64,000 nt of DNA from Mytilus edulis (GCF_963676685.1 NC_092350.1:7316001-7380000); one strand, 5' to 3'. Positions 11,854 through 24,880 are shown, counted from the first letter of the stretch. Notes: generated by a model from the letters alone, not told the origin. Translations and numbers: made by a program.

Positions 11854-12624
11854 ATGGCTGAACACTACATCGAATCAGACAATATAAACAAGAAAAGTAG
11901 ATGTGATTTGAACTACTCGAGTGCACCCTCGGCGATTGATAGCGAAAATTCCCACAATAGACTTGAATCTTTAATTCTTCAATTGTCGGCAAATTTTACA
12001 TCTATGAGTAAAAGCTTAGAAAAAAGAATTGATGACCTCGAAACTAACATGGAGGAAAAAATATCAGTAAAAGTGTCCGAAAGAATTTCAACAATGATAG
12101 ACAACAAGTTGAAGGAAAAGATAGATGAAGTAAAAACTGAGGTAAAGAATGAACTTGATGTTATGAAAAGTCAAATAAACAGTCTAGAAAAAAAAATATC
12201 AGATAAAGACACTAACAGTTCACGCCAAAGTAATACCAGAAACCGATTCATAATCAAGAATTTGTCGTTTGACGAGCGAGAGCTAACCGAAGATGAATTG
12301 ACAAAACATAAAGTTAAAGGTATGTTGCGAGATGGACTGGGTTTAGCCAATGTTGATATAAAAAGTGTACAGAGAAAAGAAAGTAGGGGGGCTTACCCTG
12401 GTATAGTGGTAGTCGAAACGAGCAACATGGAAAACAAAAAGGAAGTCATGAAAAATAAATCGAAACTTAAAAGCAGTAGACAATTTGAGAAAGTGTATAT
12501 AGAAAATGATATGCCGTTGGAAACGAGGAACTTCCAAAATGCGATGAGGACCGTTTTGAAAGAAATGGGAAAAGACAAAGACTATAAATTTGCAGGAAGT
12601 CGACTCTTAGCCAAGCGCACATAG
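11854..12624 (+). CDS. LINE ORF1 (coiled-coil followed by RRM-like region)
   Basis: Heptad-rich LEKRIDDLE...QINSLEKK followed by an IIKNL...KVYIENDMP block typical of LINE ORF1. The frame is already open at the element 5' edge, so the native start is probably truncated. Confidence 0.75.
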   Translation: MAEHYIESDNINKKSRCDLNYSSAPSAIDSENSHNRLESLILQLSANFTSMSKSLEKRIDDLETNMEEKISVKVSERISTMIDNKLKEKIDEVKTEVKNELDVMKSQINSLEKKISDKDTNSSRQSNTRNRFIIKNLSFDERELTEDELTKHKVKGMLRDGLGLANVDIKSVQRKESRGAYPGIVVVETSNMENKKEVMKNKSKLKSSRQFEKVYIENDMPLETRNFQNAMRTVLKEMGKDKDYKFAGSRLLAKRT

Positions 12625-15600
12625 GATGCAGTGCGGCTTGGGGTATGGAACTGCAGGGGATGGTCTACTAAATCGAACGAAAATTCAATTTTCCGGGGAA
12701 AAGTTTTAAACTATATTAACTGTGATATTATTGGAATTTGTGAAACATTTTTACGTGGAAATGAACGCCTACACGTTCATGGTTTTAGATTTTATGGAAA
12801 TAATAGGAAAACATTGCATAAACGTGCCACTCGCGGCTCAGCAGGAGTAGGTGCATTTGTGAAAAACAATATAGCGGATATGTTTGATATACATGTTTTA
12901 GATGAGGAGGAAGAGGGAGTATTATGGTTGGAGTTCTCAGCTAAACTAGAAAAACTATGCTTTTGTGTTGCAATATGTTATTTGCCACCAGCAGATTCAT
13001 GTAGACCTGTGGACTCGGACGTATTTTTTCGAAATCTATTACATCAGATATATTCTTATCAACACAAAGGGAAAATATTTATTTGTGGAGATTTTAACTC
13101 TCGTGTAGGATCAAATTCCGATTATATTGAAGGTGTTGATCTTGTTAAACCAAGGAATTATATTGATCATACAGAAAATCATCATGGAGATGTGTTCATT
13201 AATTTTTTAAGTGACGTTAATTTCGGCATGTTAAATGGGCGATTTAATGATAACCAATTTACCTGTATTTCTACAACTGGAAAATCTGTAGTAGATTATA
13301 TATGTGTTCCTTACGAAGATATGGAAAATATTGAAGACTTCAAAATAGTTCCAATGTCAGATATAATTAATGATATTTCATACATTCCTGATAGTATTCC
13401 GGATCACTCAGTATTATATTGTGATGTGAATTTATCTATTAATTTAAAAAGGAATATGGATATGAATAAAAGTGAGAATAATGCTAGTCATAAGCATAAT
13501 GTTTCATCTGTGCCAAATGATTTCTTGCTAAATGAGGATATATTTCATAAAGTACTGGAAGCTATTCAGAAAATAGAAAATTATATTGAAGTATCAAGTG
13601 ATGTTCAAAATGCCTACGACGAATTCCAATCTTTAATTAAATGTGAAATGGACAACAAGTTACCTATTTATAATAGTTCAAGTGGGAATAAACGAAAGAA
13701 GTCACGTTTTAAACCTTATTGGAATGATAGTCTAGCTGGTCAATGGAGTAAAGTTTGTGAAACTGAAAAGAAGTGGTTACGTTACACTGGACCAACATCT
13801 TTAAAGCAAAAATATAAAAAAGCATACTGTTCCGAAAGAAAAACTTTTGACCGTCTAAACCGAAAATTTAAAAGAAAATATCAAGCCAATGAACGCCATA
13901 TACTTGAAAATAAATTGTGTGAAACCAATCAGCGTGATTTCTGGAAATCTATTGGTAAATTGGGTATTGCCAACGAGCGTAAACCGTGTATTCCAATGGC
14001 AATTGTTGATGAGAACGGTTCAGTTAATACAAACAGAAACGATGTTATGAATAAGTGGAAGACCGATTTTCATTCATTATTTAAGCGAAAAACCGGTGTC
14101 GAAACTGAACTTGATTCTGCGAACTTTAATATTGAAATTGATGTAACTACGCTTAATGCATCTATTTCCAGAACTGAGGTTCTCGATGCAGTCATACGTG
14201 CCAAATCACGGAAAGCTACAGGAATTGACGACATCCCGGCTGAAGTATTAAAGAATGACACAGCTATTGACTTATTACACCAAATTATTATGGGCTGTTT
14301 CAATCTCGGCAAAGTTCCAATTCAGTGGAAAAGTGGTATTATAAACCCGATTTTTAAACACGGATCCGATGACAATAGAAACCCGCTCAACTACAGGGGA
14401 ATAACTTTGATTTCGGTGCCTTGTAAAATTTATTGTAACATTTTAAACTACCGTTTAAGTAAATGGCTTGAAGATAACAAAATTTTATGTGACGAACAAA
14501 ATGGATTTCGACGAGGCAGAAGCTGTGAGGAGCATATACATTCGCTATACTCAATCATAAATGATCGTAAAATATCAAGAAAATCCACGTTTACATGTTT
14601 CGTTGACATGAAAAAAGCATTTGATACGGTTGAGCATAGCTTTTTATGGTATAAACTGCAACGTGCAGGAGTAAGGGGAAAGTTTTTATTCGCAATTCAG
14701 TCACTGTATGATGATGTTAATTGTACCGTTCGTGTTAATAATGACCTTACTCAGTGGTTCAACGTTGAAGCCGGAGTAAAACAGGGATGTATCCTTTCAC
14801 CGACATTGTTTTCTCTTTACATAAATGACTTAGCGGACCGCATTAATGCGTTAAACTGTGGAGTGAAGGTTGATGATTTTCATTTGAGTATTTTATTATA
14901 TGCGGACGATATCGCCTTAATCGCACCAGACGAAAATAGTTTACAACGAATGCTAGATGTCGTATCGGACTGGTGTGCTACATGGAAACTTTCAATTAAC
15001 ATTAACAAAACCAAAATCGTACATTTCCGAAATCAATCAATTGCAAGGTCAGATCGGATTTTCAATTGTTCAGGCAATAATATTGATTACTGTGAATCCT
15101 ACAAATACTTAGGTGTCTGGATGGACGAGTACTTGACTTTTAAAAAACATGTAACGGAGTTATCAAAAGCGGCTAGTCGTGCCCTTGGAGCTTTAATGAC
15201 AAAGACGTCTATGTTAGGTGGAATGACATATAAGGTTTACACTAAACTGTATACATCAATGGTAGAGCCTGTTCTTCTCTATGGTAGTGGTATTTAGGGC
15301 ACTAAAGCGTTTAGTGCCATATCGACAATTCAGAACCGGGCCTGTAAATTCTTTTTGTCCGTAGGAAAACGAACGTCTAATTTAGCATCACGCGGCGATA
15401 TGGGCTGGACGTCGTGCTTTACAAAACAGCGAATTAACTTCTGTAGGCTTTTGTGTAGACTTTTACGCTCCGATCAACATAGAAACTGTACTAAAATACT
15501 TAAATGGACTTCAAGGTATAGAAAGGGTTGGGCTTTCCAAGTGCACAAAACTGTTGATTTGCTAAATGTGAGAGATCTTGTGTACGATTTATCTGTATCT

Positions 15601-16116
15601 ACAAAAACTGTAATGCGTACAATTAGCGAAAAAATAACTGTTTTAGATAACACGGAATGGAACGAGGAAGTCTTTAATGATCGACATAACTCACAGAACG
15701 GAAACAAATTACGAACTTATAGGCAATACAAACAAAGTGTGAAAACCGAACAATATGTCCGTTTGAACATTTTCAAAACTGAGCGACGTACAATGGCTCT
15801 GTTTCGCTCCGGTTCACTTCCACTTGCGTGTGAGACGGGAAGATACTCCAGGCCGCCTACACCCATTGAAGACCGAATATGTGTGCTTTGCGAAACCAAC
15901 AGCATAGAAACAGAAAAACATTTTCTAACGGAATGCTCATTATATGACGATCTTCGATACAATTTGTTTAATGAATGCTCAAAACTTATTGAAAACTTTC
16001 AAGATTTTAATACAAACAGAAAATTTATTGAAATTATGAATTGTACCAATATCCAGTATTATTTTTGCAAATGTTTACATAAATTTTATTTACGTAGAAA
16101 ACTATTTTTACAGTAA
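12625..16116 (+). pseudogene. LINE ORF2: endonuclease + reverse transcriptase + CCHC finger, interrupted by one in-frame TAG (15295-15297)
   Basis: EEP motifs WNCRG, ICETFL, YLPP, GDFNSR, VDYI, PDH. RT motifs NYRGITL, QNGFR, DMKKAFD, GVKQG, LYADD. ORF 15355-16116 is in the same frame and ends with ETGRY...CVLC...HFLTEC. The stop replaces the expected W of YGSGIWG. Confidence 0.9.
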
Positions 16117-16482
16117 TATTTTTCATTAATCAATTTTTAATGCATTTATTTATAAGATTTTTACCCAATTTTATAGTATTTCATATTTCATAGTTAATAC
16201 ATATCTTTTTTTTTTTTTTTTTTAAACTAAGAATTATTTATATTTTAAGCTACTTGTTCCATTTAGATAAAACTTTTATGTGATTACTTACAAGTTTAAA
16301 TAGTATATTTTTGTATATGTTTTGGTTTTAAGGATCAGTGTCTCATAAGTCATTTTTTGGCTGGATATTGATTGTAGTATGTATGTATATGAATATTGTG
16401 TGAATGTCTTGTTTCAATCAATATGTGACACTATAATAAACAATTTTTTTATTTTTTTTTATTCATTTTTTTATTTTATATG

Positions 16483-16892
16483 ATAAGTAATAGAACAAAA
16501 GAACCAATTGAATGATACTGACGAATTAGGATTTTTAAACTTCTAGTGGAAAATGTCATTTGCATATGAGAACGACAACACGTTTTATCGCACCACAGGT
16601 AAATTATCACGTTGTGATTGGTTTAACGCCGTCACGTTGTGACCCCCTATGAGACCGTAGGGGGTTAGTAAATTTCATATGGGGTTCATGACGCGTTAAT
16701 GGTGACGTCATCTATTAATGTAGTTGTGTTTCATTGTTTATTTTTCCACAAAACGCAGTGGAAAATGTCGAGCGTGTCGAGCGTGCGATAAATTCGTTAT
16801 ACGGTTAACTACTGACCCCTACGGATCCATACAGGGTGAATAAAATCCTCTAAGGATCCGTAGGGGGTCAGTAGCGAACCATATAACTTATA
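16483..16892. mobile_element. Palindrome-rich non-autonomous element, Crypton-like (tentative)
   Basis: Long terminal hairpin 16796-16887 (CTACTGACCCCTACGGATCC / GGATCCGTAGGGGGTCAGTAG); no TSD seen. Confidence 0.4.
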
Positions 16893-18947
16893 ATATGTAC
16901 CCGGTGTTGTGTTAGACAGACACTTTCAGTCGGATTTTAGAACGTGCTACTTTGAACAGACACAAAAATTAAGGCTGATTGGAAACGTTAATAATAAATC
17001 AATGCATATTCCAGCGGCCAATCTATATCACGCTATATTGAAGTGACACACCTTTCAATAAAATGCAACGAAAGTCAAAATAAAAATGCTCTTACTAGAA
17101 GGATCCTGTTGCACCGAATTGTCATGTTTTTACTCAAGTACATCTCATTTTTAACTTTTTCAATGGGATATACTTATAAAGGTAGCAAAACTATTGTCAT
17201 GGCTAAATAACTCTTTAACTGACTCAGTTTTAATTGTCCAACCCATTAACAGACTTTATTCCCTTAATATCCACTAAAACGTGGTACAACTCACGTTATA
17301 TTACAATTATGAAATATTCACTAATGTCAATTTATTTTTTAGAACCAAAAGTACAATTTTTGTGTCCTTTAAATGATATCTAAAATTGTTTGTTTCGTCT
17401 TTTATTAAACAAATTGCTATGCGTATAAGCATATATACCACATACTTGCGCGACGCCTTTTAGTTTTACTGAAATTTGCGTAGACTTTGAAATGTTTTTA
17501 CAGATGGAAAATGTTCTTTGATAGATATCATTTTGTCAGACACTTTTCTTTTTTTGATTTGGTTCTTATAATATACCAAAAATCTGTATATTTAATAGAG
17601 TTTAACAATAAATTGTGCGTTTTACTCTTAACAGACGTATAACCAACCCGATTAACAGACCAACCGCCGATATAGCCACATACTCAATATAGATTAACCG
17701 ACCAATCTCTCGGTTAGCCGAGTGTCGGCCGTGATGAAGAAACCATACTCTGAGTTCAATACTTTGAGTTAATTAAGTTCTAAAAATACATGAAGTCTGA
17801 AATTTACAAAATAAGTATTTATATGATTATTTATCTGGAAAATTACATTGAATTGAATGCAGACCTGACTGTATTATATATAATCAGAATTGTTATATTA
17901 ATTTATCTTCCACTAGATAATATTCTTTGCACAGAAATAGATTTTTAATTGGGAAATAGACTTTTAAATGTTATTGTCTACCAAGTTTAAAGCAAGATGT
18001 AGGCAATTTTAAAGTCCTTATGAACTACTGATATGATATACATACCATTATCTGTCAGAATTTGTAGAATAACAATGTTTTGCCAAAATCTAAAATAATC
18101 CTTAAAACTTTTCAAACCAAAAAAAAACCAATAAAATAAAGAATAACAAACCTTGTCCTGTGAAGAAATGTGTTTACATAAGAACAAAATATTGGGGCCA
18201 AAATGGAATCATTAATAGGGTCTGTGATAAAAAAAAAAAAAACTCTAGAAAGAATTATATACAGACTAACTAAAGGTTTTTAGTGTGAGAAAAAATCAGG
18301 CATATTAATGATAACATAGAGAGAAATATGATATACTACTTTCATCCATCCATTCTAACAACTGTCTGATAGGGAATGATTCATCATAAAATTAATATAA
18401 TCATACTAGTAAGTCAGTTGACCTGTTATGTACAAAGAGGGATAACTCGAACATTTTTTTTACATTTTAACAATAACACCATAGAGCATATAGATTGAAA
18501 TAAACAATTAATTTCCCCATAGGCGACAATGGTAGCCTTTTTCGAGATACAGACGTTAGAAAGTTGATTTTCTTAACGAAACCTTGCTAGAATCAAAGAA
18601 AAGTTATTATGACAGTATTTTTTGGTCCAAAAAATATAGGTTCGCGTTGCTTTTCTTAGCGTATTTTGTACTTATCTCCCATGCCTATCAATTTTGCCCT
18701 TAAAAATACGTGTCTTGTCCTAGCGTTGAAAAGTCATCTCAGTGCCTTTAGGGCTACGGAATAATTTTTATTTTGCCTTTTGTATAAAGCAGAGTGCACG
18801 AAGTCTCTAATAATAAAAAACAACGGGCGCACATATCGACCAATCAGGATAAGTCATACTCTTAATTCTGAATACCATGTTGCGCCCATAAAATCTAATG
18901 GTGTATTGTAACCTATAATCAGAACATATTAATATGGACGTCAAGTT

Positions 18948-19182
18948 GGTTACCTATTCCCTATTCCCTATTCGTTACCTATTCCCTATTCCCTATTAGT
19001 TACCTATTCCCTATTCCCTATTAGTTACCTATTCCCTATTCCCTATTCGTTACCTATTCGTTACCTATTCCCTATTCCCTATTCGTTACCTATTCCCTAT
19101 TCCCTATTCGTTACTTATTCCCTATTCCCTATCGTTACCTATTCGTTACTTATTCCCTATTCCTTATTCGTTACTTATTCGA
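18948..19182. repeat. Compound microsatellite (TTACCTATTC/CCTATTC)n
   Basis: Directly visible 7- and 11-bp units. Confidence 0.95.
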
Positions 19183-19784
19183 TTTTTAATATCCTTCCCC
19201 CTTTTTAATTGTTTATACTCTTATATCTGGTAATAGTTCTAAATTTGTTGAGGTAAAATGATCTTTTTATGACCTATTTATATGTGTTTGTGCTCAACCG
19301 ATCCTTTTACTTTATGTTCGATACTCATTTGTTCCTTATTTGATTTTTATACGTTCTACCTTTTAACTGCTTTATGTCCGTATGTTTGAAGATGGATCTT
19401 GGTTCGAAGGGATGAAATCAACGCGTGTAAGCGCTTGCATAAAAAAAGATGTGGTATGATTGCCAATGAGACAACAACCCACAATAGACCAAAATGACAC
19501 AGAAACTATCAACTATAGGTCAATGTACGGCCTTCAACAATGAGCATAGCCCAAACCGTGTAGTCACCTATAAAAGGCCCAGATATGACAATTTCAAACA
19601 ATTCAAACAACAAAATTAACGGCCATATTTCATATACAAAAAAAATAAAAGGAAAACAAATCTGTAACACAAAAACAAACGATAACTACTTAATTTCAGG
19701 CTCTTGTCTAGGGACAGGCACATACTAACATAATGTGGTGGGGTTAAACATGTTAGCAGGGTGTACATCGTTTCGGAGCATGCT

Positions 19785-22075
19785 ATTACCTTGTTTAATT
19801 CGTTCCATCACTCGCTTATAATTCGCTTATAATACGTGTATCATACGTTGCACCTTTTAAAACATGATTTTCAATTGTTTTGTTGTCTCTGGTGGTAGAT
19901 TTGGGTTCTTAGAGGTGATATAACTCTGTAAGCGCATATGTACCCGTTCCAGCGCTCGGATAATACCCTGTTAAATATTCGTTACTTATTCGCTTTTAAT
20001 ACGTTTGTTGTACGTTGCACCTTTTAGAAAAGGATTTTCACTTGTGTTCATGTCTGTGGTGGTAACAATGTGTAATTAGAGATGAAATGACCCTATTAGC
20101 GTGCATGTACCCGTTCCAGCGCTCGGTTAATACCCTGTTACCTATTCGTTACCTATTCGTTACTTATTCGCTTTAAATACGTTTGTTGTACGTTGCACCT
20201 TTAAGAAACGGATTTTTTCAATTGTGTTCATATCTCTTGTGGTAATAATGTGTTCTTATAGATGAAATACCCCTATTAGCGCATATTACCTGTTCCATCG
20301 CTCGGATAATACCCGGTTACTTATTCGTTCCTTATTCGCTTTTAATGCGCAGGGTATACGTTGCACCTTGAAATAAATCGTTTTTTAATTGTGTTTGTGT
20401 CTCTAGTGGTAACAATGTGTTCTTTGAGATGAAATGACCCTATTAGCGCGCGTGTACCCGTTCCAGCGCTCGGATAATACCCTGTTACCTATTCGTTACC
20501 TATTCGTTACCTATTCACTTATAATACGTTTGTTGTACGTTGCACCTTTTAGAAAAGGATTTTCACTTGTGTTCATGTCTCTGGTGGTAACAATGTGTAA
20601 TTAGAGATGAAATAACCCTATTAGCATGCATGTACCCGTTCCAGCGCTCGGTTTATCCCCTGATACCTATTCGTTACCTATTCGTTACGTATTCGCTTTT
20701 AATAGGTTTGTTGTACGTTGCACCTTTAAGAAACGGTTTTTCAATTGTGTTCATATCTCTTGTGGTAATAATGTGTTTTTATAGATGAAATACCTCTATT
20801 AGCGCATATTACCCGTTCCAGCGCTCGGATAATACCCGGTTACTTATTCGTTCCTTATTCGCTTTTAATGCACAGGGTATACGTTGCACCTTGAAATAAA
20901 TTGTTTTGTAATTGTGTTCGTGTCTCTGGTCGTAACAATGTGTTCTTAGAGATGAAATGACCCTATTAGCGCGCATGTACCCGTCCAGCGCTCGGTTAAT
21001 ACCCTGTTACCTATTCGTTACCTATTCGTTACCTATTCACTTATAATACATTTGTTGTACGTTGCACCTTTTAGAAAAGGATTTTCAATTGTGTTCATGT
21101 CTCTGGTGGTAACAATGTGTTCTTAGAGATGAAATGACCCTATAAGCGCGCATGTACCCGTTCCAGCGCTCGGTTAATACCCTGTTACCTATTCGTTACC
21201 TATTCACTTATAATACGTTTGTTGTACGTTGCATCTTTTAGAAAAGGATTTTCAATTGTGTCCATGTCTCTGGTGGTAACAATGTGTTCTTAGAGATGAA
21301 ATGACCCTATTAGCGCGCATGTACCCGTTCCAGCGCTCGGTTAATACCCTGTTACCTATTCGTTACATATTCGTTACCTATTCGTTACCTATTCACTTAT
21401 AATACGTTTGTTCTACGTTGCACCTTTTAGAAAAGGATTTTCAATTGTGTTCATGTCTCTGGTGGTAACAATGTGTTCTTAGAGATGAAATGACCCTATT
21501 AGCGCATATGTACCCGTTCCAGCGCTCGGTTAATACCCTGTTACCTATTCGTTACCTATTCGTTACTTATTCGCTTTAAATACGTTTGTTGTACGTTGCA
21601 CCTTTTAGAAAAGGATGTTCACTTGTGTTCATGTCTCTGGTGGTAACAATGTGTAATTAGAGATGAAATGACCCTATTAGCGTGCATGTACCCGTTCCAG
21701 CACTCGGTTAATACCCTGTTACCTATTCGTTACCTATTCGTTACCTATTCACTTATAATACGTTTGTTATACGTTGCACCTTTTAGAAAAGGATTTTCAA
21801 TTGTGTCCATGTCTCTGGTGGTAACAATGTGTTCTTAGATATGAAATGACCCTATTAGCGCGCATGTACCCGTTCCAGCGCTCGGTTAATACCCTGTTAC
21901 CTATTCCTTACCTATTCGTTACCTATTCACTTATAATACGTTTGTTGTACGTTGCACCTTTTTGAAAAGGATTTTCAATTGTGTTCATGTCTCTGGTGGT
22001 AACAATGTGTTCTTAGAGATGAAATGACCCTATTAGCGCATATGTACCTGTTCCAGCGCTCGGTTAATACCCTTT
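19785..22075. repeat. Satellite with about 167-189-bp (mode 178) units, about 13 copies
   Basis: Unit ...GTACGTTGCACCTTTTAGAAAAGGATTTTC...GTACCCGTTCCAGCGCTCGGTTAATACCCT with a variable number of GTTACCTATTC subrepeats. Confidence 0.95.
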
Positions 22076-22159
22076 GACTTCTTATCTAAATTCTAATTGG
22101 GGATGGGCTTTTTAATTTGTTAACTGGGTCAGGTTTTTTTTTATATTGGCTGTATAAGT

Positions 22160-24880
22160 CATGCTTTAGTCAAGTCAGAGACTCTAAAATTGGTACTCCA
22201 AAAGGAAGAGACTGGTGGTCACTGCGGCCATTTGTTTCGGTGAACTAGCACCTTAAAGTCCAGATAACCCTCAGGCCAGCTGGCTAGTATATTAGCAGAC
22301 AGGTACTTTTTTGCCATTTGGCATTTTTAAAACTTTTGGCAATTTTTAATTTAGACTATTTTCTTTCATTTATTTTTAAATTTAACAGTTATTAAAAGTT
22401 AATATGAAGGATTTGGTTATTCTTTTTTTTATAATTTGTCCTTCGTCTATTATTAATTGTCAATGACTTCTAGTCAACACTCGGCCTTCAATAAGTGTTT
22501 AATACTATCACAGTTATAAATTCAATTTTTTTTCAGATATCCTGGATATTTTGAAAACACGTAAATGATTTACTGAAGGAAAATCGAAGGAAAGTAGGAC
22601 CTTGATGTAAAATATTACCAATTTTGTATGTTGATGGTTTCATTAAATCCTTGTTTCAAGGTAACATTAAAGATAATGAACGGTTCTAGTTTATTGCTTC
22701 TATAATAATACAATACCTAATTACAGATTTAATAATATGAAGATGTGGTATGATTGCAATTTTAAAAACTCTCCACAAGAAACCAAATGACATAAAAATT
22801 AACAGCTATAGGTCACAATTGTGCCTTCAAAAATGAGTAAAACCCATACCACATAGTCAGCTATAAATGGGCCAAAAAATTAGAATTGTAAAAATATTAA
22901 ATGGAGAAAACAAACTGCCTAATTCATATCCAAAATAATGAACAAAACAAATATGTAACACAGCAACAAACATTATCCACAGCAACAAACATTAACCACT
23001 GAATTACAGGCACATACGGAGTGTGGTAGGGTTAAACTAGTTTGAAGTCATATTGTCCTTATCCATCAAATCTTTGGTTAAATAAAAAAAAATTGATGTT
23101 TATTTTAAACAAATCTGAAGTAAAATGTAAGTACCATGCTGGCATTTCATACTTAAGATGCCATAAGATTTAATACAATTCCAAACTGCTTTATATGAAG
23201 AATTTCTTTAGCATCTGTCTCCTGGTTACCCCATATATGGATAAAATGTAAATATCTTCTGACATCAACATTATATATATTATTTGGTGAATTTTAGTTT
23301 GTTTTGAATGTAAATTTTATTTTCTATTTGTAGACAAAGCATGCTTGTTAATTAAAAAATCAACTGAAGTAGAAGAATGGATTCTGTTAATCTGAGGAAC
23401 TTGGAAACACTTAATTATTGACCAAAAAAATATGTAGTAATACAATTATGTTTAAGGAGAGAGATAGAAAGAGGGGGAGAGCCAGTTGTAAAGATTTATT
23501 CTTTTAAACCAGATATGTTGATTACATTCAAATTTCATAGGCCTACAGTTCCCCCTAAATGGTCTTAGTTAATACATGTACTAGGTGTTTAATGTAACAC
23601 TTTGATGTGACTTGTGAGAACAATCAGCTGTCATTGGTTTAAATCTATTTTTATGCCCTTTCAGTTGGGGGGGGGGGGGGGTATTGTTTTACTCCTGCCC
23701 TTACACTCTACCATCTTATTATAGGTATTAGATATAAGAAGATGTGAAATTAGTGACAATAAGACAACTCTCCATCCAATTCACAGTAATTCCAGATAAC
23801 TACTCCTAGAGTTTAATGAGTTATCTCCCATATTTGTAGGTACTTTTGATATTTTAATATTTCATGATAAGGCTAATGCAAATAGAAGATTTAACTTGTT
23901 TTTAAATTTAACAAATTGAGCATAAGTTGTGAGGAATGGAAACTAGCAGGCTGAGTTTTTCGGGTTAAGGGGAGGGATCATACACTTGTTTATCTCTTCA
24001 TATGAGCTAGTTTTGTTTACTGCATGGAAGGCCTGCAAAAAATTACAATGTTTTAGTGTTATATATAATTGTTATATATTTTTTTGTTACATATGCTATA
24101 TAAGTTGTAAATAAAGTAAGATGACAGTATTATTCAGAACTCTGTAAATAAAATCAGCTTGTCAACAGAGGTCTAGATAATGTATTAAGTGGATTGGTCT
24201 GACATTGGGATTTCAAATTATATTTACGCCGTCATCATCTACAAAAGTGCTTCCATTCACAATACTATCTGATATTAAACGCCCCTTCCTCCCAATTATG
24301 ACTTCATTTTAAATTTAATGAGTTATCTCCCATATTTGTAGGTACTTTTGGTAACAGTATTTCATGATAAGCTAATGCAAATAGGAGACAACTCTTGTTT
24401 TTTGTGGAAAAGAAGATTTAACTTGTTTTTAAATTTAATGGTAAATCCTGTGAATTTTGTAAATTTTTTCTTAGCTTTAGAATAATATTTAACACCCTGT
24501 CCATGAAATTGAACATTGCTCCTCTTGATTTTAGTAAGTGAATTCTTTTGCAATAGTTTAAAAGAAATGTCAAATAGTATTTCATAATGCATTAGAAGGA
24601 ATGGTATATTTTATAGAACGCTAGTATTGTTTTACTTGTATGTTTAGTAGTCACAAAAAATGTAATATATTGTTTGTTTTACTATTTACTATTTAATCAA
24701 TTGGAATAACATGAACTAATTTCCCTGTTTGCTAGTTCATAACGATTGGAAAGATGTATGAGTTTTTTTTTTAAAGCAGGGTGTATTTTTTCAATATTGC
24801 CATATTCTTATGTCTTAAGTAGCAGTATTATATGAGGTAATTGCTACATAAATCATTTCTCATTTAAATAAATAATATTT
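22160..24880 (+). ncRNA. Putative spliced non-coding gene, copy B (exons about 22160-22302, 22537-22625, 23334-about 24880)
   Basis: Splice signals at positions homologous to copy A; collinear homology blocks; no ORF. Confidence 0.4.

Larger units (their letters stand above)
11814..16476 (+). mobile_element. Young 5'-truncated non-LTR retrotransposon (LINE; APE-RT with C-terminal CCHC, RTE-X-like tentatively)
   Basis: 10-bp TSD TATATGATAA at 11804-11813 and 16477-16486. ORF1 plus ORF2. AATAAA at 16435 followed by an (A)T-rich microsatellite-like tail. The clade call is tentative. Confidence 0.93.
10033..17733. mobile_element. Non-autonomous DNA transposon with about 90-bp TIRs (CACGGCCGACACTCGG...), 5-bp TSD ATGAA; hosts nested insertions
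   Basis: 10033-10123 is the reverse complement of 17643-17733 (1 mismatch). ATGAA at 10028-10032 and 17734-17738. Subterminal GTCTGTTAAT repeats at both ends. No transposase ORF. Confidence 0.9.

Noticed and set aside
19785-22075. CRISPR-like regular array
   Set aside because: No unique spacers, eukaryotic context and no cas genes; this is a satellite.
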